Program-made: the position numbers and the translations under genes
The notes under the pieces: generated by a model
Seen by the model: the letters and a program-made list of their open reading frames with translations, nothing else
The model's database searches: none
What the model was told of the DNA's origin: nothing
Source: Campylobacterota bacterium
GTDB taxonomy: Bacteria > Campylobacterota > Campylobacteria > Campylobacterales > QNZT01
DNA: 50,638 bases
Assembly (NCBI GenBank): GCA_022600175.1
Contig: JAHZKW010000105.1
Location: 1-50,638, forward strand
Direction: 5' to 3'
Part shown: piece by piece, positions 9,574-18,710 of the stretch
How the letters are laid out: each line of letters begins with the position of its first letter
How positions within the stretch are numbered: position 1 is the first letter of the stretch

Positions 9574-9602
9574 ATTATAACGCACATACAACCATATGTC
9601 AA
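9574..9602 (-). promoter_or_regulatory. Consensus sigma70 promoter for the DUF134-cyd operon
   Basis: TTGACA (9602-9597), 17-nt spacer, TATAAT (9579-9574). Confidence 0.75.
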
Positions 9603-9910
9603 GTATATTTATAATTATTATTAATTTTTGTTATTATTTTGGTCTGATATTTAGGTTATCTTTCGCTAACGCAATGGTTTATGAAAATTTACATGAAATG
9701 GAAATGTTGAAAATATTAAGGTACTTGAGGTTTTATTGGTAGGGACTAGTAAAGGATTCAGCCCTCCCATTACTCACTTAAGAGTTTGGATATAAAATAA
9801 CTAGAAAACTTTGTAATAAAATAAGCATGTGAAAACATAGTTTAAATTTTTATATCAAAAAATGCACCAAAAAAATACAAAACTTACAACTCTTTTACTG
9901 TTTTTATATC

Positions 9911-12901
9911 TTACGACTGCAAACTCTTATAAACACTTTTCAACATCATCTTTTTCACCAAATCACCAAAACTTTTATCTTCCAATATCTTATTAAAGAT
10001 ATCTTGATTTTGATCCATTCGATCAAATAGTTTGTCAAAAAACATATCGTCAAAAGCGTATTTAAACGTATCTATTTTATTGACTTGCGCTTGTTTTTTC
10101 AAAGTAGCATCACTTATAAGCTCTTGTTCTATCTGTTCAAAGAAAAGTCTATCTGCTTCTTCAAACTCCGTACCAAACTTTTCATTTAAAATTTTTATAA
10201 TCTCTGAAAGTGCTTCTTTCTCTTCTTCCACTCTTTTGATACCTGCTTCACTCATCCCTTGAAGCACGCCCTCTTCTCCCGATTGTAACTCGATATTTCC
10301 CTCTTTTATCTTCTCTAAACGGTAATACTCTAAAGCTATTTCATCATCAAGTTGTAAGCTCTCACCCAAATCTCTCTTAGGTAACTTAGTCAGTAACAGT
10401 TTGGCATAAGCATAAAACTTTTCAAAATCCTCATCCCAAAATGGCATGATTTGAGATACAAACGCATATAAATTTGTCCAAGTTCTGAGCGACTTTTTAA
10501 ACTCATCTTGTTTTTCTTCATCATCAAGTGCTTTATATCGATCAACAGCAGGATCGATGAGTGCATAAAGCTGTGATTGCATTTTTGCATTGTGTTGATA
10601 ACTCGAATTAAAATAGATATTTGCAAATGCTTCAACCTCAGAACTCCAATAGATCTGCAAAGCATCAAGTTGACCTTTTAGATCATAAAGGTGGTTTGGA
10701 TCAGGTTCTGTATCTACTGTGGTTGTCTCATAATAGTCTTGAAATGATTTTAAAATCGTCTCTCTATCATTGGCAAAATCCAAAATAAAAGTATCCTCTT
10801 TACCTATAGCCGTACGATTTAAACGAGAAAGCGTTTGTACCGCTTTAACACCTGAGAGTTTTTTATCTATATACATTGTGTGAAGTAAAGGTTGGTCAAA
10901 TCCAGTTTGGTATTTATCTGCCACGATAAGTATCTTGTATTCATCTTTTTTAAATACTTCCGGTAACTCTTTTTCTCCATATCCTGTAAGTTGTGGTTCA
11001 CTTACACCATCAGGATATTTTAAATCATCTGCATCCATCACTTTCCCTGAAAACGCGACCAAGACTTTGATCTCATGCTCATAACCTTTTACCGTTATAT
11101 ACGATTGAAATGCATCAAAATAACGTTTTGCATGAAGCCTTGAAGAGGTCACAAGCATCGCTTTGGCTTTTCCACCTATCTTACTTGCAACCACTTGACG
11201 AAAGTGTTCTATGATGATTTCTGATTTTTGTGCAAGGTTGTGTGGGTGAAATGAGACAAAATGTCGTATCGCTTTAGCAGCTTTTTTCTTATTGAGATTG
11301 GGGTCATCTTCTATCGCTTTGGTTAACTTTACAAAAAGTTCATACGTCGTATAGTTTTGCAATACATCAAGTATAAAACCTTCTTCTATCGCTTGTCTCA
11401 TAGAATAGAGGTGATTGGCTACAGGATTTCCCTCTTGATCTTTTTTTCCAAAGATAGCCAATGTCTTCTCTTTAGGCGTAGCCGTAAATGCAAAAAATGA
11501 GATATTTGACTGTTTTCCCCTTGCTTTTGCAGACTTTTCTACCTCGTCATAAATAAAGTCTTCCGTTGTATACTCCGCATCTTCTTCCTCATCCGTAATA
11601 TCATCATAACTACCAAGAACTTCTTTCATTCTTTTACTAGCGTCTCCACCCTGTGAACTATGGGCTTCATCGATCAAGACAGCATAGTTGCGACTCTCTA
11701 TCTCGCCTACTTTATCCAAAACATAAGGAAACTTCTGCAATGTAGTGATGATGATATTGGTACCGTTGGTAATCGCATCGGCTAACTGTGTACTATCTTT
11801 GTCTATCTTTTGTACCACACCCGTTTTGTGTTCAAACTGATAGATCGTATCTTGTAGCTGTTTATCAAGCACGCGTCTATCAGTGATGACAATCACCGAA
11901 TCAAAAACACGCCCATCGTCACTATCATGTAAGCTTGAAAGTCTATACGCTAACCAAGCGATTGAGTTGCTTTTCCCTGATCCTGCTGAGTGTTGTATAA
12001 GATAACTCTCTCCAGCTCCTTGTACTTTCGCATCATAAGAGAGTCTTCGTACAACATCTAGTTGATGGTACCTAGGAAAGATCATCAACTCTTTTGTATA
12101 GACTCTGCCATCTACCGTAATCTCCTCTTTTTGAAGATGTATAAACTTACCTACTATCTCCAGCAAACTATCTTTAACCAGTATCTCTTCCCACAAATAG
12201 GATGTTTTATACCCTTTAGGATTGATAGGATTTCCAGCACCGTGATTGTCACCCTTGTTAAACGGAAGCCAATAGGTTTTTGAGCCTTCTACTCTTGTAG
12301 TCATAAATACCGCTTCATCATCTAAAGCAAAATGCACCAATGCACGCTTTTTAAAGGTAAAAAGTAACTCTTTAGGATCTCGTGTCTCTTTGTACTGTTT
12401 TTTTGCCTCTTTGGTACTTTGACCTGTAAAATGATTTTTAAGCTCTATGGTAACGATAGGAAGACCATTCAGCACTATCACCATATCGATAGACTTTTTA
12501 TCTTTACGACTAAAATAGACTTGCCTAGCGATACCAAGTCGGTTCATTTTATAAAGTATTTCACTCTCAGGATTTAACCCACTCTCAGGCTGATAAAATG
12601 CCATACGAAACTTCACCCCATAGTCGGTGAACCCATTTCGTAAAACATCTAAACTGCCTCTTAGATCAAGCTCTTTAAAGAGTCGTGCCAAAACACGCTT
12701 CTCTACATCTGCCCCATGAATACCCGCTATCTTCTCCCATCGTTTAGGTTGTGAGTCTTTGAGAAATGCGATAATCTCCTCTTTAAAAAAACCTATTTCA
12801 GCGTTATATACGTCTGCTTGAATCGCACTATACCCGCCATACTTTACCAATGACTCTACAATCGCGGTTTCAAAGGTGTTTTCACTTGTAAGATTAGACA
12901 T
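9911..12901 (-). CDS. hsdR: Type I restriction endonuclease subunit R
   Basis: Nuclease motif D..LNGLPIVTIELK; helicase motifs QHSAGSGKS, DEAH, FTATP, QTGFDQP, QTLSRLNR. Confidence 0.95.
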   Translation of the reverse strand: MSNLTSENTFETAIVESLVKYGGYSAIQADVYNAEIGFFKEEIIAFLKDSQPKRWEKIAGIHGADVEKRVLARLFKELDLRGSLDVLRNGFTDYGVKFRMAFYQPESGLNPESEILYKMNRLGIARQVYFSRKDKKSIDMVIVLNGLPIVTIELKNHFTGQSTKEAKKQYKETRDPKELLFTFKKRALVHFALDDEAVFMTTRVEGSKTYWLPFNKGDNHGAGNPINPKGYKTSYLWEEILVKDSLLEIVGKFIHLQKEEITVDGRVYTKELMIFPRYHQLDVVRRLSYDAKVQGAGESYLIQHSAGSGKSNSIAWLAYRLSSLHDSDDGRVFDSVIVITDRRVLDKQLQDTIYQFEHKTGVVQKIDKDSTQLADAITNGTNIIITTLQKFPYVLDKVGEIESRNYAVLIDEAHSSQGGDASKRMKEVLGSYDDITDEEEDAEYTTEDFIYDEVEKSAKARGKQSNISFFAFTATPKEKTLAIFGKKDQEGNPVANHLYSMRQAIEEGFILDVLQNYTTYELFVKLTKAIEDDPNLNKKKAAKAIRHFVSFHPHNLAQKSEIIIEHFRQVVASKIGGKAKAMLVTSSRLHAKRYFDAFQSYITVKGYEHEIKVLVAFSGKVMDADDLKYPDGVSEPQLTGYGEKELPEVFKKDEYKILIVADKYQTGFDQPLLHTMYIDKKLSGVKAVQTLSRLNRTAIGKEDTFILDFANDRETILKSFQDYYETTTVDTEPDPNHLYDLKGQLDALQIYWSSEVEAFANIYFNSSYQHNAKMQSQLYALIDPAVDRYKALDDEEKQDEFKKSLRTWTNLYAFVSQIMPFWDEDFEKFYAYAKLLLTKLPKRDLGESLQLDDEIALEYYRLEKIKEGNIELQSGEEGVLQGMSEAGIKRVEEEKEALSEIIKILNEKFGTEFEEADRLFFEQIEQELISDATLKKQAQVNKIDTFKYAFDDMFFDKLFDRMDQNQDIFNKILEDKSFGDLVKKMMLKSVYKSLQS

Positions 12902-13898
12902 CTACATCTCCTTGTTGCTCGGTGCATTCATTGTGTTTTAAAAACTCTTGATAGGCAATCTCTTTTAAAAGAGTCTGTATCTTATTTCTCTCTTTTTCAC
13001 TGATACGCGCTTTGATATTACCATCGGGATAACACTCATGTATAAACTCCATATGCACACCATATTTTTCTACAGAGATATCATCTAAACACTCTGGTAC
13101 ATCCATCTCTAGTATCTCAAAAGTATCAGGATCGTAGTATTTTACATTGGGTTTATTGATAGTGGTATATTCTCTACCTTGAAAGTGAGGTTTCCCCTCA
13201 ACCGAAGGCCAGTATATACCAAAAAAATCAATCTTGTTTGACTTATGAAGTTTGGCTATCTGTAAGCTTCCACCTATGCCCCATACTCTTGGATCTCGAA
13301 CAACATCTCTGAGTATTTTAGCAGGCTCCATATCCAAAGCACAATCCAAACTCCCCTGACACTCCAAGAGTTTTAAAAAGTCCTCTTTTGCTTTTGCTTC
13401 AACATCTGCAATACTATTGGTATCACCGATAAACTCTACAAAGTTTCTTGTCCCTGCATTTGCCGTTAACTCTTCATAACTCATCTCTTCAAACTCCTTA
13501 GAGTAGAAGATTTTCCATAAACGAAAAGCTCCTTTTTCCCAGTCCCATCCACCAAAAAGAAACTTTGCATCACTTCGCAACTCATGTACATCTTGTCCTT
13601 CAGGTTTGATCTCTCTTACCAACACCGTAAAAAGCTCTGTGATGTGATTGAGTATGTCCACAATACTCGTCGTAGAGTCCAACACTCTATCAGAAACAAT
13701 AGAAGAGGTAAGATTTAAGACCAGTGTATAAGCACGATGCGTACTACCCACAAAACTCAAAAGACAATTGGTCTGAGGTATTTCAAAAAGCTTGATCCCA
13801 TGATCCCACTGTTCACCACCAGTCAATGTACTATCTGTGACAAAAACCAGCTCTTGCGTGCCATTTGCTTCTCGTATCCATGCTACACATAAAGACAT
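12894..13898 (-). CDS. Putative proteasome-beta/Ntn-hydrolase-fold protein inserted between hsdS and hsdR
   Basis: N-terminus (M)SLCVAW..LVFVTDSTLTGG...GIKLF...SFVGS; also FLFGGWD, FIGD and GIGGSLQI; fold inferred by eye. Confidence 0.6.
   Translation of the reverse strand: MSLCVAWIREANGTQELVFVTDSTLTGGEQWDHGIKLFEIPQTNCLLSFVGSTHRAYTLVLNLTSSIVSDRVLDSTTSIVDILNHITELFTVLVREIKPEGQDVHELRSDAKFLFGGWDWEKGAFRLWKIFYSKEFEEMSYEELTANAGTRNFVEFIGDTNSIADVEAKAKEDFLKLLECQGSLDCALDMEPAKILRDVVRDPRVWGIGGSLQIAKLHKSNKIDFFGIYWPSVEGKPHFQGREYTTINKPNVKYYDPDTFEILEMDVPECLDDISVEKYGVHMEFIHECYPDGNIKARISEKERNKIQTLLKEIAYQEFLKHNECTEQQGDVDV
12896..12912. repeat. 17-bp direct repeat, copy 1 (AGACATCTACATCTCCT)
   Basis: Identical to 13893-13909; covers the hsdR SD and start codon. 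Confidence 0.9.
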
Positions 13899-13909
13899 CT
13901 ACATCTCCT
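13893..13909. repeat. 17-bp direct repeat, copy 2 (AGACATCTACATCTCCT)
   Basis: Identical to 12896-12912; covers the hsdS stop and the SD/start of the inserted gene. Confidence 0.9.
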
Positions 13910-15236
13910 CTGTTACTTTTACTTTGCCTGTGACAACTTCACTGATAAGTGCTGTTCGATATTCTTTAAGTAAAGTCATTAACTTTATCACTCTATTTTT
14001 CTCAATTTCATTTTTTTCAAACTTCTTTTCAATATATTCTACGATACTATCTTGTTCTTTTAAAGATGGTGTCTGAACCCTTAAGTTTCGAATCACTTCT
14101 TGACTAATATTTGGTTGACCACCCCCTGAAGCAAGATTAATGATATGATTTTTATTAAGAATCAACCAATAAAATAAATATTTGTTTCTAAGTACATCGC
14201 TATCATTCAACACACAACATGCTTGATTAACGGTAGTCTCTATTTTTGTGATTCCCAACTTTCCTATCGTTGCTCCATACATTGCAATAACCAAACTATT
14301 TTTGGGATATATTTTCAAAGTACTGATATCTTTTAGTGCTTTTGTAGTGATTTTTTTGGAAGTGTTATCAATATATCCATTATTTAAATCTCCTGTGTTT
14401 AACCAATAAACATCCCCATCATGATAATAGCTCGATTCACTTGTTTTAGGTGTTGTTCCACTCCCTATAGTCTTAAAAGAATAACCTATTCTTTTTACTT
14501 CCCAATGTTCAGGAATCTCTCCAAGCCAAGGCACACCACTATCTTTTAACTTTACATCAGGATCAATCCCTTTAGTCATAGCTTGATTGATAATCCCTTT
14601 TTTCTCCTCTTCATAGAGTGCTAAAAGTTGTTCTTTTTGAGAGATAAGAATGTCTATCTCTGCTGTTTTTTTATTGAGGTAGTTTGCTATGTTTTTTTGT
14701 TCATCTTGAGGTGGTAAAATAATAAAAGTATTTTTTAAAATCACATTTGTAATACTATAGACTTTTACCCCCTTAACCTCTTGTCTCACTTGGTTTCTGA
14801 AAACTAATGAATCAAAAAAATATGCTACATATCTATAATTTATATCATTTTTCAAACGAGCAATGATTGTATGATAACCTGCAAATACATTTGTATCACT
14901 ATGTAAATGTGTAAAATTTCCTGAACCTTCAATATCTTCAGATGTATCAGCAAAGACAAAATCACCCCGTTTTAATAATGACTGCTGAGATAGATCTAAA
15001 TAATTTGTATCAACACATTTCAACTCATCTTCTTCAGGGATAACTTCAAAGCCATATTTTGAATGTATTTCACCATAACTCACACAAGGGACACCATTAC
15101 TTTTTAAATCTGCTTTAGTGATAGTTAGTCCTTTTGTCAAGTTAAATAAAAATCTAAACTTCTTGACTTCCCAATATTCAGGAATCTCCCCTATCCACAC
15201 AACCCCACTATCTTTATACTCCTCATAACGCTCCAT
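13899..15236 (-). CDS. hsdS: Type I R-M specificity subunit
   Basis: Two TRDs, each preceded by KDSGV.W.GEIPE.WEVK; PP.DEQ and LISEVVTGK motifs. Confidence 0.95.
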   Translation of the reverse strand: MERYEEYKDSGVVWIGEIPEYWEVKKFRFLFNLTKGLTITKADLKSNGVPCVSYGEIHSKYGFEVIPEEDELKCVDTNYLDLSQQSLLKRGDFVFADTSEDIEGSGNFTHLHSDTNVFAGYHTIIARLKNDINYRYVAYFFDSLVFRNQVRQEVKGVKVYSITNVILKNTFIILPPQDEQKNIANYLNKKTAEIDILISQKEQLLALYEEEKKGIINQAMTKGIDPDVKLKDSGVPWLGEIPEHWEVKRIGYSFKTIGSGTTPKTSESSYYHDGDVYWLNTGDLNNGYIDNTSKKITTKALKDISTLKIYPKNSLVIAMYGATIGKLGITKIETTVNQACCVLNDSDVLRNKYLFYWLILNKNHIINLASGGGQPNISQEVIRNLRVQTPSLKEQDSIVEYIEKKFEKNEIEKNRVIKLMTLLKEYRTALISEVVTGKVKVTEEM

Positions 15237-17035
15237 TACAGCAGTACCTTCTTCTCCAACGCTAGACTACTCTCTTCGAGTGCTAAAATATCAGTACGTA
15301 TCACATCTAGAGAACGTAAAGGTTTAAACGCATAAAAGTACTTGGTAAAGTTGATCTCATAACCTATCTTTGTCTTTTTCTCATCGATCCAAGCATCTGG
15401 TACATGAGGAACTACCTCTCTTTCAAAATACTCTTCTATCGTTTGAGGTACTAAGTTGCCCTCACTATCTTCTCTTAAAAAGGGTATGTTCTCCGTATCT
15501 CGAAGAGATTTATCTGCTTTGGGTTTGCTAGGATTTCGTATTGCTCCATCTTTATCCCTTTCAGGCTGTTCAACCGTAATCCTCCAATATCCAAAATAGT
15601 CATTTGGCAGTATCTTGACAAACTCACTCTCACGATACTCACCATAGAGTTTAGAGATATAGTTTACACCCCTAGCATCATCACCCTCAGGGATAATCTT
15701 ACGCTTATTGCCAAGGCTTCGCCCCATCTTCTCCCAAAAGCGGTTAAACTCTCTCGCTCCCTCTTCCATCAGCTCCTCATCTTTGCTACCCGTTGCGTTA
15801 ATGAGCTGGACATGTCCTTTGCGTTCATCCTCTTTTTTATTATTGACTATCCATATATAGGTAGATATTCCTGTATTGTAAAAGAGTTGGTCAGGCAGGG
15901 CGATGATCGCTTCAAGCCAATCATTTTCGATGATCCATTTTCGGATATTGCTCTCTCCACTCTCTGCCTGTCCTGTAAAAAGCGGTGAACCGTTAAAGAC
16001 AACAGCGATACGACTCCCATCGTCATGCTTCATCTTTGAGATCATATGCTGTAAGAAGAGTAAAGAGCCATCATTAATCCGTGGTAGACCTGCGCCAAAC
16101 CGTCCGCCATAGCCTAAGTTCTCATGTTCGGCTTTGATCGTCTTAGCAGCCTTTTTCCAGTCCACACCAAAAGGAGGGTTAGAGAGCATGTAGTCAAACT
16201 TCTCCTCACGTAAACCATCTACGGTAAAGGTATTGCCAAACTTGATATTTGAAGGGTTATCTCCTTTGATTAGCATGTCAGATTTACAGATAGCATACGA
16301 CTCAGGATTGATCTCTTGACCAAAAAGCTCTAACTTCGCATCAGCGTTTAACTTTTTGAGGTGTTTCTCACCCATAGAGAGCATACCACCTGTTCCACAC
16401 GCAGGATCATAGAGGGTTTTGACAATCCCCTCTTTAAAAATCTCTTTATCAGTATTAAACAGAAGATTTACCATCAGCTCTATCACTTCTCTAGGGGTAA
16501 AGTGCTCTCCTGCGGTTTCATTGCTCTGCTCTGCAAATCTTCGGATAAGATCTTCAAAGATATATCCCATCTCCATACTGTCTATTCCATCAAAGTTAAT
16601 CTCTGAAAACTTTTTGACGATTTGAAAGAGTATGTCGGATTTTGGATCGTCCATACGATCGATCTGATCATCAAAATTAAAATACTCAATAATCTCTCTT
16701 GCATTGGATGAAAAACCATTGATATAATTTCGTAGATTTCCAGCGACACTGTTAGGGTCAGCCACTAGCTTTTCAAAATTAAACTTGCTGTGATTGTGAA
16801 AGTTATATCCAGCAATTTTATTGAGCATGAGGTCTTTAGCATTATCCGATGTAAGTGTCTTGGTACGAGGTAAAGCCTCTAACACTCTATCTTTTGAAGG
16901 GGCAAGTACCGCATCTAAACGACGAAGTACCGTCATAGGCAATATCACTTTACCAAAATCAGAACGCTTATAATCTCCACGGAGTAGATCTGCAATATTC
17001 CAAATAAGTTCCGATTTTTCTTTAAAATTTACCAT
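15236..17035 (-). CDS. hsdM: Type I R-M N6-adenine methyltransferase
   Basis: GEHFTPREV, YDPACGTGGML and NPPF motifs; TAATG overlap with hsdS. Confidence 0.96.
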   Translation of the reverse strand: MVNFKEKSELIWNIADLLRGDYKRSDFGKVILPMTVLRRLDAVLAPSKDRVLEALPRTKTLTSDNAKDLMLNKIAGYNFHNHSKFNFEKLVADPNSVAGNLRNYINGFSSNAREIIEYFNFDDQIDRMDDPKSDILFQIVKKFSEINFDGIDSMEMGYIFEDLIRRFAEQSNETAGEHFTPREVIELMVNLLFNTDKEIFKEGIVKTLYDPACGTGGMLSMGEKHLKKLNADAKLELFGQEINPESYAICKSDMLIKGDNPSNIKFGNTFTVDGLREEKFDYMLSNPPFGVDWKKAAKTIKAEHENLGYGGRFGAGLPRINDGSLLFLQHMISKMKHDDGSRIAVVFNGSPLFTGQAESGESNIRKWIIENDWLEAIIALPDQLFYNTGISTYIWIVNNKKEDERKGHVQLINATGSKDEELMEEGAREFNRFWEKMGRSLGNKRKIIPEGDDARGVNYISKLYGEYRESEFVKILPNDYFGYWRITVEQPERDKDGAIRNPSKPKADKSLRDTENIPFLREDSEGNLVPQTIEEYFEREVVPHVPDAWIDEKKTKIGYEINFTKYFYAFKPLRSLDVIRTDILALEESSLALEKKVLL

Positions 17036-17154
17036 TTTTATTTCCTATTGTTGTACAAAAAGTTAAACGTTAGTATAGTTAAAAGATGATAATAGCGTGC
17101 AATAGTGAAACTATATAACTTGGCAAGATACTGATAAAATAACTACCCCATATA

Positions 17155-17778
17155 CTAAGCATCTTCACTTGCATAGGTATCAAGCCATATATCTTTTAAA
17201 CTTCGTCCGTTATAAAGCCAATATCTTGTAGGTTGAATATCATAATCTAATTTTTTGATTAGTCTAGTCGCTTTTGTTAATCCCATTATTTCATCATGAT
17301 ATTTCACTTTTTTTTCACTTACAACCTCTACTTCTATTGATTCATCTTCAACGTAATACAATTTATCACCTATCGATAATCCCATCTCTATATAATTAAT
17401 TGAAGGTCTTTTCGTAACTCTTTTAGCTGAATCTTTTTCAGCCTTACTAACATTTTTGTTTAATTCATCTTCAACATTTGGAGTCATATTTTTAGTACCA
17501 AGTAATTTTAAAATAGCGATAGCTTGCTCTGCTGCGATATCAAAAAATTCACGTTTTGGATTCACTCTGTATGGCTCAAAAGCAATATGCAATGCTTGTT
17601 CAGCTTTATCACAATCTTCTACCTCTACAGCATACTCACACTTAAAAGGTAGTGGCACGCCTGACGCATAGAGTTGAGTCATGCGTAATTCTACATCTCT
17701 TTGTGTTGTTTTGCCAATTTTTACTATACCTGGCATTGCTGGGTTACTTAAAACATATACAATTTGATTTTCTATCAT
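17155..17778 (-). CDS. GIY-YIG (T5orf172-like) nuclease with a possible C-terminal RAMA-like domain
   Basis: VYVLSNPAMPGIVKIGKT..R..L..SGVP.PF and E..LH..F...RVNPKREFF motifs; C-terminal YWLYNGRSL. Confidence 0.8.
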   Translation of the reverse strand: MIENQIVYVLSNPAMPGIVKIGKTTQRDVELRMTQLYASGVPLPFKCEYAVEVEDCDKAEQALHIAFEPYRVNPKREFFDIAAEQAIAILKLLGTKNMTPNVEDELNKNVSKAEKDSAKRVTKRPSINYIEMGLSIGDKLYYVEDESIEVEVVSEKKVKYHDEIMGLTKATRLIKKLDYDIQPTRYWLYNGRSLKDIWLDTYASEDA

Positions 17779-17881
17779 GACAATACACCCTGAGATTAAT
17801 TATAAGTTTAAGTATATCGATTTACTTTTAAAATAAATTATCAATTTAGGGCAAAACTATAGAGGATATCAAAATAGTAAA

Positions 17882-17956
17882 TGGTGACCCGTAGGGGATT
17901 CGAACCCCTGTTGCCGGCGTGAGAGGCCAGAGTCCTAACCACTAGACGAACGGGCC
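17882..17956 (-). tRNA. tRNA-Glu, anticodon CTC
   Basis: GGCCCGT/ACGGGTC acceptor stem, anticodon loop CT-CTC-AC, GGTTCGAATCC T-arm, encoded CCA. Confidence 0.97.
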
Positions 17957-18066
17957 ACATTAGAAAATGTGCGTCAGGACATTTGGAGATGAATTATAGT
18001 CCAAAAATGCTTTATTTAACTTAAAAATAGCCTTTGACGATATAGAATAAAGCTATTTGATAAAGG

Positions 18067-18708
18067 TTGATGATGTATAAGTGTAAAAACTGTGCCGCAC
18101 CCCTAGAGGGTATCGTCTGTACCTACTGTGGTGTACGTAATGAAGTCGATCTCAAACATCGCTATGAAGTACACAAAGAGACTGAACGCGTCTGTCCAAA
18201 TTGTGAAGTTTTTTTAGAAACACTGATCATTGATAAAGAAAAAGAGCTCTATATTGAGCAGTGCAAACACTGTCATGGGATTTTCCTCGACTATGGTGAG
18301 TTAGAAGCATTGATGGAGCGAGAAATCATCAAAAGTGACAAGTATAACTATGAAAAACTTCGTCTCATCCTAGACAACCCTATAGCGCGTGAAAAAGAGG
18401 TCAAATATAAAAAATGCCCCGAATGTAGAAAAGTGATGTCAAGATTAAACTACAAGCAAAAAAGCGGTGTCATCTTGGATCGATGTATCGAGCATGGATA
18501 CTGGTTAGATAGCGGAGAGCTTCGTCAAATGATGGAATGGGCAAAGCTGGCAGGGATAAGAGACTTTGCTCCCTCTTTTGAGAAAGAGATCACTTTTACA
18601 ACACAAGCGATCTCAAAATCTACTGCACCTAAACCTCTAACTTCAAACAAAACCGATCTTATCGATTTTTTGATAGATGGTTTTGTACATTTTCTCTATA
18701 AACGTTAG
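18067..18708 (+). CDS. Zinc-ribbon (zf-TFIIB-like) repeat protein
   Basis: Several CxxC pairs followed by G(I/Y)(F/W)LDxGEL, twice; start at 18067, 18070 or 18073. Confidence 0.75.
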   Translation: MMMYKCKNCAAPLEGIVCTYCGVRNEVDLKHRYEVHKETERVCPNCEVFLETLIIDKEKELYIEQCKHCHGIFLDYGELEALMEREIIKSDKYNYEKLRLILDNPIAREKEVKYKKCPECRKVMSRLNYKQKSGVILDRCIEHGYWLDSGELRQMMEWAKLAGIRDFAPSFEKEITFTTQAISKSTAPKPLTSNKTDLIDFLIDGFVHFLYKR

Positions 18709-18710
18709 TC

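Larger units (their letters stand above)
9737..17884. mobile_element. Probable tRNA-Glu-associated defence island (no integrase)
   Basis: Defence genes lie immediately downstream of the tRNA 3' end; possible degenerate att copy at 9737-9765; boundaries approximate. Confidence 0.5.

Noticed and set aside
9674-9742. 22-codon ORF MVYENLHEMEMLKILRYLRFYW at the island edge
   Set aside because: No clear SD or recognisable motif; expected by chance in AT-rich DNA.
14497-15215. ~50-bp imperfect direct repeat inside hsdS (14497-14546 and 15166-15215)
   Set aside because: These are the normal conserved regions preceding each TRD. There are no inverted copies, extra hsdS genes or recombinase, so this is not a shufflon.
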